Shown here: positions 23,793 through 37,286 of the stretch, in pieces
How positions within the stretch are numbered: position 1 is the first letter of the stretch
Layout of the letters: the number at the start of each line of letters is the position of its first letter
NCBI GenBank assembly: GCA_047495785.1
Contig: JBLDXI010000006.1
Span: 310,001-374,000, forward strand
DNA: 64,000 nt
From: Lepidodermella squamata
Lineage: Eukaryota; Animalia; Gastrotricha
Direction: 5' to 3'
Translations under genes and position numbers: made by a program
The notes under the pieces: model-generated
The model's input: the letters and a program-made list of their open reading frames with translations, nothing else
Told to the model about the DNA's origin: nothing
Databases searched by the model: none

Positions 23793-25041
23793 TCATGTTG
23801 CAGATTGAGCAGACAATCGAGCAGGGGCTTGACTACTGACTCGGATCAAAGTTGTCTTTTTTGCTAAGAAGCTTCTGATTACCCGGCGAGTATCAGCCAA
23901 AAAGCTTGGTCGAAGACTGAGAATCAACGGTGTTACTGTCATTTGAGACAGTAGAAAAATACACGCGTATTTATGCAGCCACGGTTGCTGCAACTGCCGA
24001 CCAAAGTCGTTGTAGAATATGAGAAGAATGAACTCGAAAGTGAGGGGTAAGTGGAAAAGCACGAATACAACAAATGATCCGATCGATTGATAGACGAAGA
24101 ACATTTCACGCTTTCTCCAGTCATTTCCTGGCGGCGTTTTAGAGCTACGCAAAGAAGGCGTAGAGGAAATTCGTTTTTGGACAGATCTCAGCTTCGCGAA
24201 TATCAGCCTAAATATTCTCGTGATATGAAAGGAAATGTTAAAGGCTAAGCAAAAAATTCTTACCAATAATTGTAAATCAGACCGATGTCAATTAAGCCGA
24301 GGCAGGCGGCAATATAGAGAGTTTGCAAGACAGATGAGTCTAGCTCTCCAGTCAATCGATACTCAAATGAGGAACAGAAAGCCTTAGGGGTTCCGTTGTC
24401 TATAGCAGGAATGCTGATCATATGCATGCTGAAGCTTTGAAATGGGTATACTGTCAAAGTAAACCAAATAGCACCGCAGAGTATGAAAACCCCGAGAACA
24501 AGAGCTAAAATCTAAAAAATTCGACTTTAAATCAGAATTAAGTATTTAGACTGTCTCATACTCGTTTTGTGTTCGGGTTGGACTGAGGACTCATCGATAG
24601 AATGCAAAGCCGTCGTTCATAGCTGATAAGGAGCATATCGAAAAAGCTGAAATTTCCGAAAGTGTACGTAAGCCAGAATACTGCAGCACATGTGTTGTAA
24701 TCAGCCTCCCAGAATCCTGTCCTCAGGTTGATCAACTCTCCGACGAAGAATGGCAAGGCGTAGAAAAAGTTGCTGATGCCAAGCAATGCAGTCAAGATAA
24801 GGAAATCGCGTTTAACCCCCCGTTTATAATAGACGATAACGTTAGCAATGTTCGCTATCGCCATCAAAATGAGGAATGAACCGAGAATTGCCGGGAATAT
24901 GGCTCGCTTTTCGATTGAAGTAGCGCTTAGGTCGTGGAGGTAGCCGATGAAGTAGGGCCTGGGTTCGTCGTAACCTCTGCCAGGTATCTTCGCCATGATC
25001 CAGACACCCTCGAATCCATTCTGTTGCAGTGAAGAATTCAT
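23793..25041 (-). CDS. Rhodopsin-like orphan GPCR G2 (exons 25041-24562, 24511-24264, 24207-23793)
   Basis: Paralog of G1 with two GT-AG introns that join in frame. Confidence 0.88.
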
Positions 25042-25317
25042 CAGTTCAGGGCTAATAAGTTTTCTTCAATAAGTATTTTGAATCACTGAAAGTTTTCCCA
25101 GGATGAGTCTGTTAGGTCTTGAAAGCTTCCTTTAGGAATGTCTGAGTTTCCGATTTCCAGCTGATTTAAGCAATCAGCTGTCGTTTCACCCTATTTCCCA
25201 TGTGGATTAGATTTCAGCTAGAACAATCTACATTACTAATATGGTTGCCTCTCTTTATTCCTAGAACCATCACCTCACCGTAACAACCCATAACCGACTT
25301 TGTTCAAGTTCAACTGT

Positions 25318-27378
25318 TTACGCTTTCTTGTAGGGAATGGTGGTACCATCGTTGAAGTTGCCACCAGGACCGTAGTTGCAAACCAACTTGTAGCCCATAC
25401 CAGTCTTGGTCTCCAAGTTGGGGCAGTAAGCAGCACCGCAACCGACGTGGGTCGTGCGCTCAGCGACAACCTGGGTGTAGTGGCCGATCTGAGCCCTGGG
25501 CGGAGGGTTCGGGCACATGCCGGTGCCGTAGATGAAGTTGTTCTGCTCGAGGGACCAGGCATCAATGCAGTCGCTCCAGGACTGGTTGTACGAGGCAGAG
25601 CAAACGTTCTGACCGACCCAAGACCAGGCAGCGTTGTAGTTCTTCATATTGCGGCCATCGCTGGAGTCGTGAGCATTCTCGTTGCACTGGCAAGCCCAGC
25701 TTAATAAATAAAGAATTTAGCCCTGTTGCTAGGAAAAGAGTAGAAAAACTAACCGACGAGCAAGATCGGCAAGATTGTCGTCCCACTTGAGCGCGGGCAG
25801 AGGGGTGGCGGCCTTGGGATTGACGTTATTGCGCCAGCAGTTGTGGCGTTCAAGGATTTCCTTCCTCGAAACGGGCCAAATAGCCTTGCAAGTGTCGACG
25901 CCACTGCAGGTGGCGGCTCCGGTATTCTGGAGGCATGATTTCTGCGGACAGTGAAAAAAAGTTTTTCCAATTATGGACTGAAGCATAGAAATTACGGTTC
26001 CGATGGGGGAAGGGGTGTACAGGTCCTCGCTCGTGGGCTTGGCGGCGCCGCAAGTTCCCTGAGCGGTCACTCCAGCATTGCAAAAAACACCAGCAGTGCC
26101 ACCGGTAGATCCGGAAGATCCAGAAGATCCAGAAGATCCTCCGGTGGATCCAGAAGATCCAGAAGATCCTCCGGTGGATCCAGAAGCAGCAGCTCCAGGC
26201 TCGCCAGTGGCAGGGGTAGCAGGGATGGCACCGTTGGCGTAGGGATTGTTGCTGGGGAAGCACTTCTTAGAGTAGGGACAGCAGAAGAATCCGGCTCCAC
26301 AGGTGCCCTGAACAATAAATATTATCAAATAAAAATTATACCATCCAAACTTACAGTGCATGCAATATCCTTGACACAGTAGTTACCCTGATAGGCGAGG
26401 CAGCCGTCTTGGCAAGCGCATTGGCTAGGTAGCGAAGGTTACATGAAGCCTAAGTTTCAATTATTTCGAGATAACTCACCCCTTGTAGCACAAAGTCAGC
26501 TTTCCACCGCTGCAATCAGCGTCAGACTTGCAAACGCCGAAAAGAGCGACGGGTCCATCCTTGGTCTTGGGGGCGGAGGGGACTTTAGGAGGATCGTAAG
26601 GGTTCTTGCGAGGGAAGCACTTTCTCTGGTTGGGGCAGCAGAACTCGTCCGCAGTGCAGGCAGTTGGGGCAGCCTAAACCGAGGTGTCAATGTCATTTTT
26701 TGTAACTCGCATGATCACTTACAGGGTCGCAAGTCTTCAACTGGATACAGTAGTTGCCAGCATAGGCGATTTCGGTGTCTTTGCACCTGCATTGCCTGGG
26801 TTAATTTCATTAGGAATGTTAGACATAGCTTTAAATCAGTCATTTTACCTCCATGTGGGGTGACAGATGCCGCCACCGCTGCATTCAGAGTCCTTGTTGC
26901 AGGGGGACTGAAACAAGGAGATCAGACCATTCCAGTCCCTCTTAGGGGCGGGGACGCAGATCTTGTTATTGGGGCAGCAAACTTGATCCTTAGTGCACTT
27001 GTTAGTGGCAGCAGCCTGTATACAACAAACGAATAAAATAAGGAAATTTAACCAAATAATCTAAATATACCGGGTCGCAGTCAACTTTAGCGATACAGGC
27101 TCCGTTAATGCCGGCGAAGCCAGTTTTGCATGCACAGTACTTGCCACTGAAAAAATCGCGATATAGGTCAAACAGAAGTAGCCACGTAGGGGAACTTACT
27201 TCGAGTATTGGAAGCACACGCCGTTGGGATCGGCACAGTCCGTAGCAGCAGAGCACGGGTAGCCGACCTGGACGGTACCAGCATCTGAAAAATACGACTT
27301 GTTACCATGAAATCTTCGGTGAATGAAAGACTAACTGGTAAGCGCAAAAGCGCCAAGGGCTAAAACAATCTTGAACAT
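25318..27378 (-). CDS. Secreted CAP/SCP (CRISP/PR-1/allergen V5) protein CAP1 with three N-terminal Cys-rich repeats and a Gly/Ser linker, multi-exon
   Basis: Signal MFKIVLALGAFALT; CAP motifs EILERHNCWR, LKWDDNLADLA, VGQN, GHYTQVV, HVGCG, LVCNYGPGGN; N-terminal exons each splice in frame into repeated Cys-rich modules. Confidence 0.85.
26101..26185 (-). repeat. Coding tandem repeat (GGATCTTCT/GGATCCACC units) encoding a GSS/GST linker
   Basis: ccagaagat repeated; translates GSTGGSSGSSGSTGGSSGSSGSSGSTGG in CAP1. Confidence 0.85.
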
Positions 27379-27793
27379 TATTTTTGAAACTAACGAAACA
27401 TGCTTCAATTTCGAAGTCTTTTATGCACACGGAGGCCAGCTGGTTAATCTGATGAGGAGGGAGTTCGCGGAAGTTTACTTCGTCGTGATCCGCATGAATC
27501 TTCCCCGGGCGGTTTCAATTTTCAATCTAACCATAGGCAGGTGAATAAATAACCTCCTACTCTCATCACACCACCGAATCCGCAAAACCTATTTTTTGTT
27601 TGTTTTCCAATGCGATCTCCGACAAAAAATGAAAAAGGCGTGGATTTTATCATCTCGGCAAAGGAACGGTGGCTTTCGCAGCAAATAAGATGATGTGAAT
27701 TTGCTTTTAGTTTTTTTTCAACAAAAAAGTAAACCAGATGTTATTTCAGATTATCATCTCAAATCTAACTAGAAGATAACAGACATTTTATTT

Positions 27794-29026
27794 TTAATTT
27801 AACGCTGAATGTGTTAGAGATTCCTGAACTTGAGGTTGTGTCAATGCTGATGGTTGTTTCAGCCTGAGCAAGCGGCGGAGCAAACATCGAGTATCATCCA
27901 GGAAACTAGGTCTCAGGCAAAGAATCAACGGCGTCACCGCCATTTGCGCCATCATACACGAGCTGGCGAACTTGTGCAGCCACGGTCTTTGAAGTTCCGG
28001 TCCAACGCCGGCGTAAAACATAAGGAGAGCGAAGTCGATAGATATAGGTAGATGAAATATTACAAAGGCGATAAAGGAGCCGATCGATTGATATACGAAG
28101 AACATCTCACGCCTGCGCCAGTCATCTCCCCTTCTGGAAACTGAGTTCGTTCCAGCTCTCTTTCCGACTGTTCGAATTGTCGCGAAAATTTTCCTTAAAT
28201 CGTGAGTTTAAAAATGGCGGAATTCAAGCACGCAAATTAAAAGAATTACCGATAGTTATAAATCAGACAAGTGATAATCACAGATAAGCTACCAGCGACG
28301 AAAATAGTCAGAAATATCGAGGTATCGACATCTCCTATCAGTCGATAATCGAATGCTGAGCAGTAAGCTTTCGCGGTTCCATTATCAATCGAAGGAATGC
28401 TGACGTATTGCATGCCGAAGCTTTGGAATGGGTAGACAGTGTAAGTGAACCATAGGCAGGCACATAAAAGGAACAGCCCACCTAGTAGACCCAAAATCTT
28501 GAAAAATCAGTAGATTTTAATCATAACTAGTCAGTTGAAAACTTACTCTCTTCGTATTTAATGTGGAATTCGGATTTTGAGATAGAATGCATAGCCGTCT
28601 TTCATAGCTTATAATCAGCATATCGAAAAAGCTGAAAAGACCGCAGGTGAAACATATCCAAAAAATAGCAGCGCAAGTGTATCGGTCAGCCTCCCAGAAT
28701 CCAGATTTTAGTGTGAACAGCATTCCAATGAAAAACACCAAGCAGAACGTAACGTTGCTTATTCCAAGAAGGGCTGTCAGAATGAGAAAGTCGCGTTTAA
28801 CCTTCCGTCTGTAATAAACGAAGACGTTAATGAAAGTGCTGATTGCTATGAGGAGAGTGAAAACTCCCGTGACAACGGGGAAAGGCATTCGCTCTTCGAC
28901 GGTTTTGGCACTGAGATCGTGCAGAAAACCAATGAAATAAGGGCGCGGCTCATCATAACCTCGGCCTGGAATTTTAGCCATAATCCACACATCGGAATAT
29001 CCATTGCGAAGAAGAGTAGAATTCAT
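27794..29026 (-). CDS. Rhodopsin-like orphan GPCR G3 (exons 29026-28547, 28497-28250, 28193-27794)
   Basis: Paralog with the same motifs and intron positions; both acceptors read AAG. Confidence 0.85.
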
Positions 29027-29780
29027 TTTACTGCGAGCTTTCTCACGTTCCTGTAAATGTCAAGCTAATCGATGTAAAAAGCTTTTGCCAAATTTCCGAT
29101 GTGTAGAGGATTTCCCTTGAGGGTTAATGAAAAAATAAATAATAAATGTCTCAAATGATTCTTCAGCGTTACGAGACTCTGAAATGAAGCTTCCAGAAGC
29201 AGAGTTTATTAATTTAAGAATGCTTGGGAGTTTATTAATGAAAACATTGGTCCAACTGATACTGATTATATACCTACTGAATAGCAGTTTACCAATGGAC
29301 AAGATTTACATTTTCATTCAACTTGTTTTATTTTACGGAACGAACACGGTTTTTATTATTTTGCAGGAGTCTTCTATTTTTGATAAAGTACGAACGATAA
29401 TTAATTTGTCTCGCTTTTTTCAATAAGTCTGCGTACCATGAGAAATTTTTGGAGCAGATTTCACCAGTCGATAGATCTAGTCTTTTGTAAACCTTCCTAA
29501 AATCCTCGCTAGATTAAGACACTCTGAATAAATTGGTGACGAAAAAGTTTCTTGTGATTTTTACTGTACTTTATTTGATTTAACGAAGTCGCAAATTAGT
29601 GATTGCCGTAAATCGTAAATCCAGTGGGCGCTTGAACTTGGTAATGTTGCCTCGATCTACCGAAAACATTTTTCTTTGCAATTTTCGGCATATGGCTCAT
29701 AATTTGCGCGATTTTCCTGGTCGACCTTCTCTGATTGTTCGGCTGATCATTTTCGGAACCGGACAGTTGGATCGAGGATA

Positions 29781-30310
29781 TTATTTATTTATTTATTATT
29801 TAATTCTTTAAAGCTCATACGCCCAAGAGAAGGCAACTTGACAATATTATTCCTAATTCTTTCTTTCTTCTATTGCATTATTTTTTCTAAGCGTTTAGTT
29901 CGATTAGGAGGATGCTTTGGTAAGAAAAATCTATTTGCTATTGAAAATTGCAATGCATTAACAGGAAACTGATTGATTATCGATTATCGATTATCGATTT
30001 GCGCTTATCCAATGGTCTCTATCAATTAACGGTTGGCATCATCTTGTTCAGCGTAAAAAGCTACCTTAGAGCCCAAATTTTCATCAAAACAGGATGAATG
30101 GTTGTGAAGAAATCGCGGAATCAAATTTCATTACCGGCAATACAAATTTATTAAGAGTCCAAGAGTCGAACAAATTTATTAGGAGTTTAGAGCCCAACGG
30201 CATCTTTTCCTGCCACCCTATAATTAAAAAATCCTGTAGGGTTACTACAACCCCAGGGTGTCTAAAAGGCATATCTCCGCGCTGGGAAATCGTATAAATT
30301 CGGGGGAAAC
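29781..30310 (-). mobile_element. Degraded CR1/L2-like LINE 3' portion with (TAAA)n tail
   Basis: Minus-strand translation FRHPGVVV...KLLINLF...KFVLPVMKFDSAIS resembles the KDLGV..LLxLYxxxVRPILEYxSxVWSP region of CR1/L2 ORF2; 3' end matches 4770-4810. Confidence 0.55.
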
Positions 30311-31373
30311 GGATAAATGTCTCGTAGGCTTGGTGATCCCAGTGTCCTCAAAATCGATTTTGCACGAAGTATCACCCATGACCCAACTGAATGCGTTTTA
30401 GATAGATCTCATCACGCTGATAAACTTTTCTTTGAGAGCGGCTTCCTAGCTATCACCGTTCTTGAGATAATCGTCCAGGTGTGACTGTAAGGATCTGCCG
30501 GCTGGCATCGTGCCATCGAACTAACTAGCTTGTGATAATAATCATGTGTCATGTGATCATCAATTAGGCAATGCCATGTTCGTTGCAGTTATTTCTATAT
30601 GATATTTAAGGCCATGAATGGCGGATCCTCAATGTTCGATTCATTCACAATAAAGTATAGAGTAGTGCCTGGCCAAGTCTTGATGTTTCCCTGACAGTGA
30701 CAAAAGTTAAGGTCACGTTACAACTTGACACTGGAATATCTCAATAACGGTAGATGATAAAAAATATGCGGTTTTCAGATTCCTAATCCTCTTAATCTGT
30801 CAATAGGGAAAGAAAAATATAAATATTTTTCGAAAACATTCTGGGCTTTAATGGGTTAACTGGGCTGTAAAAATGAAATCGGCAAATGCGCCTCCTTTCA
30901 TGTCGAACCCCTCTTTGAAACCTTCATTTGTCTAGCCGTAGAAGCCTCTGGAGAAATCGATCTGACCTAGTAGCCGAATCGATCGGCGGGGAGCAAGTCG
31001 CACTTCTTATTTTATGCTTTATGACTTTCATGCAGACAGAGGCCAGCAGGTCAAGTTGAAGAGAGAGTTCGCCTGAGTTTACTTCCTCGCTATACGTTGA
31101 TTCTGCGCAAGGCGGTTTCAATTTAACCATAGGGAGGTGACCAAATAATCTTATCACATACGCGAAACCTGTTTTTTGTTTGCTTTCCACTCCGATCTCC
31201 GAGGAGAATGAAATAGGCGTGGATTTCCTTTCTCGGCAAATATTTCGCCGGTGGTTTTCGCGGCAAATAATATATTTGGTTTGTTTAGTTTTTCATAAGA
31301 ATTGAACCTGATGCTATTTCTCATTATCATTTATAATCAAGCCACAGGAAAATGTGTTAATTTTACGCTTAAT

Positions 31374-32584
31374 TTATAAGAAATTCCTACTCCCGGTTCC
31401 CGATGGATAATCTCGAACTTGAGGCGATGTCAATGCTGATGGCTGGCTCAGCCTGAGAAAGCGGCCGACAAAGCATCGAGTATCATCCAGGAAACTGGGT
31501 CTCAGGCACAGAATCAACGGCGTCACTGCCATCTGCGCCATAATGCAAGAGCTGGCGAACTTGTGCAAAGTTCCGGCCCAACACCGGCGTAAAACATGAG
31601 GAGAGCAAAGTCGATTAATATTGGCAGGTGAAATATTACAAAGGCGATGAAGGAGCCGATCGACTGATAGACGAAGAACATTTCACGCCTCCGCCAGTCA
31701 GAAATTGATTTTGTACTGGCTCTATTTCCAACTGTTCGAATTGTCGCAAAAATTTTCCTATTATCGAAATGTTGAAGATTTGAAAAAAGTTCGAATACCA
31801 ATAATTACCAATAATTATAAATTAGGCACGAGATAATCACAGATAGGCTACCAGCGATGAAAATGGTTAGAAATACCGATGTATCGACATCTCCTATCAG
31901 TCGATAATCGAAAGCTGAGCAATAAGCTTTCGCGGTTCCATTATCAATCGATGGGATGCTGACGTATTGCATGCTGAAGCTTTGAAAGGGGTAGACTGTG
32001 TAAGTGAACAAGAGACAGGCAGAGAGTAGAAACAGTCCACCTAGGACACCCAAGATCTAGAAGAGTCAGTAGAAATACATCATAAAGAAAAGTTATAACC
32101 TCACTCTCTTAGTATTGGATTGTGAATTCGGATTTTGAGACAGAATGCAAAGACGCCTTTCATAGCTTATGATCATCATGTCGAAAAAGCTGAAAAGCCC
32201 GCATGTCAGGCAAATCCAAGAAACAGTAGCGCAAGTGTAGCGGTCAGCCTCCCAGAATCCTGTTTTCAATGTGATCAGCATTCCAATGAAAAATAGCAAG
32301 CAGAACATAACGTTGCTGATTCCAAGCAGGGCTGTCAGAATCAGAAAATCGCGTTTAACCTTTCGCTTGTAATACACGATAACGTTGATGAAAGTGCTGA
32401 TGGCTGTGAGGAAAGTGAATATTCCCGTGACCAAAGGGAATGGCAGTCGTTCCTCAACAGTTTTGGCACCGAGATTGTGCACGAATCCGATGAAATAAGG
32501 GCGCGGCTCGTCGTAACCTCGGCCTGGAATTTTAGCCATTATCCACACATCTGAATATCCATCACGAAGGAGACTCGAATTCAT
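31374..32584 (-). pseudogene. Rhodopsin-like GPCR G4, frameshifted (close paralog of G3)
   Basis: Exons 32584-32105, 32056-31809, 31757 onward; 13-nt deletion at about 31567 relative to G3 (removes gccacggtctttg) shifts the frame before TM7, giving a stop at 31523. Confidence 0.8.
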
Positions 32585-33595
32585 TTTATTCCAATGCTAG
32601 GGTAATGGATGTTAAAGAGCTTTGGCTGAATTTTCGATGTGACAGTGAAGGAAGTTTTGTTAAAGTGGCAATCATAGTATGATTTCATTTTCCTTTATTT
32701 CACAACTCTATTAAGCAATAATAGACCAGGGTTATTGATGGGTATACGATATTTTCATTCTGCTTTCATTTCTAATGTCGTACGAAGGAGATAAACAGCC
32801 AATATTTTTCTAACTTTTATAATTACATGTTTGCTGAAGGTCCCCCACACGGACGCATCCAAGACAGGCCATCCTTATGTTACGAAAAGGAACAGCAATT
32901 ATCGCGCTATTTATTTGAATTTTTTGCATGCAAAAATCGATCAGTTCAAAACTTGACGCGCGGGAAATTCATTTTTCCGTTTGGTAGCTATGATACACTG
33001 CATCATGTTTATTGATTCAACGTCCACGTATTTACAAAAAGGGCATAAACAATGCCGGTCGCCCTGCGCTCACACGGACTTACGCACATGAATTTCTACA
33101 AAAATTATGGCGAAGTGGCAATTAGGCGAAATGGAAATGTTTACAAAAATCAGACGCAATAGCGATTTTAACAAAAATAAAAAACAAATTAGCAAATGTT
33201 TCCGAAAATGTCGGCAAATTTCACAAGAATCAAGGCAGTGGCAATTTTTACGGAAAAGCATAAAAATCGGACTTATAATTGTCTCTGTTTTTTTTCTTGT
33301 CGTGGTTTCGTTGGGAAATTCGACATTTTTAGCGCTTTCAAAACAGCCGAAATTTCATGATAATGGATTTAGCTGAATTTGCGGTGTGTAATGTATGCAG
33401 GAGTTCCTATGAGGGCCATATAAATAATAAATGGGTCAACTGATTCACAGGCCCTGTTACGAGACTATCTGAAATGCAGCTTCCTTCACCAGGGTTTATT
33501 AATTTAAGGTTTTATCAACCACCATTTTATTAATTCAGACTTTTGGCATAGGTATAGCATACAGCCCAAAAGTGTTACTGAAGAATGGATTTTAC

Positions 33596-34517
33596 TTAGA
33601 TTTTGTACGGGGTCTTCTCAGCACCGTTGAAGTTGCCAGCAGGGGCGTAGTTGCAGACCATCTTGTAGGCGGAACCGCCAAGTTGAGGGCAGTAGGCGAC
33701 ACCGCAGCCGACGTGGGTCGAAGCTTCGGCAACAACCTGGGTGTAGTGACCAGTCATGGCCTTTGCGCGGACCTTCAGAACCTCGGGGTCAGTGCCGACG
33801 CCGTAGATGAAGTCCTTCTGCTCAATGGCCCAAGCATCGATGCACTTGCTGAACGGAACGTTCTTGTTGTAGTAGCAGACGTTCTGGCCAACGAATTTCC
33901 AGTCACGGTTAGTGAGGGCACGATCCGAAGACAGGTCATGCGGCATTTCCTGGCCATAACACTGGCAGGCCCAGCTATTAATTAAAAGTTATATTTCAAC
34001 AACAAATATAACTTTTAATTCCTATGTTAACTGACCGACGAGCGATTTCAGCGAGCTCATCGTCCCACTTGAGGGGGACGAGTGGCTTAGCGGGCTTGGG
34101 GTTCGGGGGATTGGCTGAAATAATAGATATTATGTTACTACTAATTCAGTTAAATTATGATTTAGTACCCCTCCAGCAGTTGTGGCGGTTCAGAATTTCG
34201 TTAACGTTCATAGGGAAGACAGCCTCGCAGTCATCGGGGTAACAACGGGTGGGGGGTCCCTTGACTGTGGCATTGCAGCCTTTCTGAAACAAGGAACAAT
34301 GCAACATTAATTAAAGCTGAATGATGACTGCTAGTCTAATTACCGTGCCGAGAGGAACGGGTTGCCTGATATCGTCGTTTGGGCCAGCGTCGGGGATGCG
34401 TCCGCAGACCTTCTCAGTCAGGGGGTCGACAGCCTTCGGGTCTTGGGTGGTACGGCCTGCCTTCTGGGCCGCGCTAACAGCGACCAGCGCCAAAACAGCG
34501 TATACAGAGTAGATCAT
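33596..34517 (-). CDS. Secreted CAP/SCP protein CAP2, multi-exon
   Basis: Signal MIYSVYAVLALVAVSA; EILNRHNCWR, LKWDDELAEIARR, VGQN, GHYTQVV, HVGCG, MVCNYAPAGN; shares intron positions (after PxGT and ARR) with CAP1. Confidence 0.88.
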
Positions 34518-35597
34518 GTTTTCTCTTGACGAAAGAACTAGCAATGAATTAGTGACAGGGCTAGCCCATCTTTTATACCCGTATCGCAACTTCACTCGCT
34601 TACGATTCGCGACCTACGCGAATGAATCAAGTCCGTTATTTCAGCTGCGCTGTACTCCCGCTTAGCGAGCCTGTCGCGGAGGACCCCAGTCGAATCCCTG
34701 GGCTTGTTTGCTCAGCTTCAGTAGCGCGGCGAAAATATCCACTGCAATGATTATGGCTACGCGTGGGTTGTAATTTCGCCAGAGAGATGGCAGTGCCCTG
34801 GCCATTATCAATAAATGTGGCGCGAAGTTTGTACCAAAAACATAAGATAGCTGGGATAGACCAAGTTTTTAAAAGTTTAAGTGCATTTGTGTTTTATTCA
34901 CTGTGATTTTCCTATTCTTGCGCTGCATATCGCCCATAGATGAGTGACATTTCGGAGCTTTTTGGCCATTACAAGTACTTCACATAACTTCAGCTAGGGC
35001 TTATGAATTTCAGCATTCAGCCTGCACATTTCCGTGACTTTTCAATCAATTGGCGTGCGCGCGCGGACGAAACATAGGCGGGCCCGGAAATGTGCAGTTA
35101 GCCTTCATTCCAATATTCTTACCTGCTGAAATCAAAGACGTTGGTTTGTGAGATCAATGCACGCAATCGTTGACTAAAGATCTCTTATAACATCAGCCTC
35201 AAATTCGGCAAGCAGAAATTTTAGATTTATTTCCAGTTCAGGCCTAACGTAGTATGTTCGATCTTGGATCTAATGACGATCTGATGAGCGTCTGGGTTCT
35301 GCTTCCGTCTAAGTGTGTGTCTCAAGCAAAGCTTGAAATTCCAGAATCTTTCATCTTTCATACATCCGCCGCGAGTTTACATCCTGCTGAGCACTACCTT
35401 TCCCATTCTGAACGCATCATTTTGACTCATCGTGGGAAATCGAAGCCAAAAAGCTTTCAAAACGCAAGCCTGTAAACAGCCTCCTCTTTATAGATCGATA
35501 AATATTTGATATTTGTCATTGAGAAAATGAAATAAAGTAATGTTTCAGACGGGTAAGTAGTGTCGATGATTCAGTTGAGGAAAATATTTGCCAAGAA

Positions 35598-36865
35598 ATG
35601 AACACTACATTGAACACAACTGAAGCTTTCCTTTTTAACGATTGGCTGATAGTTGACATACCCAGCCGCGGTTTCAATGCAGCAAGGCCTTACTTTCTTG
35701 GGCATCAGCACATTTTGAGCGCAAAGACCTTGGCTGATCGGCTACCATTTTCAATCAGCCTTGCGATCATCACAATGCTGACAATTATAGCTAGCTGGGC
35801 TAACTTAACTTCTTATAGAAAACGAGGAGTTAGACGCGACTTTTTTCTGCTGAATGTAATTATCGCTGCTTGTAACTTTGTATGCCAGATAATTTATGCC
35901 GGCATGCATTTCATCGTTTTGCCGACCGGATTCTGGCCACAAGGTTATGACGATCTCTGCTCGATTTCCCAAATGGTGTCGTACAGCTTGGGCACTTTCA
36001 CGTACTTCAACATGCTTCTGATCAGCTACGAACGGCGGTTATGCATCACATCGAACAGCCCTTCGTCATATTCTAACACTAAAAGGGTAAGACTTGAAAA
36101 TGTGTGTTGAACCCCGGCAATAATGTTCACGTTTCAGATCTGCATTATCGTAACAGGGCTTTTCCTTTTTTGTCTAGTTTTGATGGGCTCGCTTACGATC
36201 TACCCGTATCGCAGCCCTAGTTCACAGCTTGTGAAGGTTCAGAGCTTAAACAATGGCACTCCTGTCGCTTTCTGCGCATTTTTCGGGCAAAAACTGTCGG
36301 AAAATTTAGATACGACAGTCCTTTTGGTTGGTTACATGTCAACATGCCTCCTGCTGGTTATTGTAGGGCTCTTATACAACTACTGGTAAGGTGAAAACTA
36401 CTGCAAATGCCAACTTTTTGAGCAGATGTTATTTTAAGGTTGATTTTTTCCAAGATACGGTCTGCAGGTAAAGTGTTTTCTCGAAAGAAACAAACAGGTT
36501 CCGGAAATTCGACCTCGAAAACGAATACGAGCAAACAAGCGGATAGCTGGCGAAGTCGTGAGATGTTCTTCGTAAAACAGTCGATAGTATCATTCCTCAT
36601 TTTGATGACGCTGAATACGCCCTTGTCGATCAGTGTATTTTTCGCCGTTCTTTGGTCCGGTCCTGGACTTTATCTGCTAACTGGCTGGGGCCATCGTGTG
36701 TGTATCCTCGTCTACCTGAGCCAGATGTTCATTTCACCGACGATTCTTAGCTTGAGACCCGGCTTTGCTGATGATTTAATTGCACTGTTAAGGCGATTTT
36801 GGTTCAAAAGCAAAATCATTTTACCTAGTTCTCAAAATTCTAGAAGCGCGGTAGAACCGAAATAA
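35598..36865 (+). CDS. Rhodopsin-like orphan GPCR G5, divergent subfamily (exons 35598-36086, 36138-36385, 36439-36865)
   Basis: WLIVDIPSRGFNAARPYFLG, LLISYERRLCI, REMFFV, SPTILSLRPGF; same two intron positions as G2-G4. Confidence 0.88.
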
Positions 36866-36900
36866 TTCCCGCCTCATAGGTTTGAAAAATTGCTGATAGT

Positions 36901-37286
36901 TTATTGCTTCAAAATTATGGTACAAACTGTTATTAGCAAAAGTTTGAAATTCAGCGTTTCACGGTGTTCTTTGTGGCTATGATCTCCGATGCATTTCCGC
37001 AGATTCTTCGATCGCGGGACAAATTTGTTGGCGGTGGTTGTCGGCAGGCGTCTTTTACATCAGCGCATTTCAGCTCATCTGCGCTAAGAATCACTTCCTA
37101 AAGCGAGAAGCAACGATTGCATCGCCACGCATCAAGCTGAAAACAGCACTTAGCCGAGTTTCATTAGATTGACGAACAACTGTTCGGTGAATTCTAAATG
37201 AAATTTGCCCATTCGCTTTGAAAGTTGTTGGCATCGAACTTATCTCGAAGGCATTATCGTAAAAAGCGAGATTGCCTATCGATGGG
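36901..37286 (-). pseudogene. Degraded 3'-half copy of the LamG-like gene at 38822-39730
   Basis: Aligns to about 38820-39217 (e.g. gattgcatcgccacgcatcaagctgaaaacagcacttagccgagtttcatt vs gattgcatcaccacgcatcatgctgaaaacatcactcagccgagtttcatt); carries a TAG and a 1-nt deletion. Confidence 0.8.

Noticed and set aside
25850-26382. Repetitive ORFs (WIFWIHRR, SRRSRR, LLDLLDPPED)
   Set aside because: Alternative frames of the GS-linker repeat in CAP1.
26907-26928. Apparent 20-nt GT..AG micro-intron in CAP1
   Set aside because: Careful base counting shows the exon reads through in frame (DWNGLISLFQSPCNKD), so no intron is needed.
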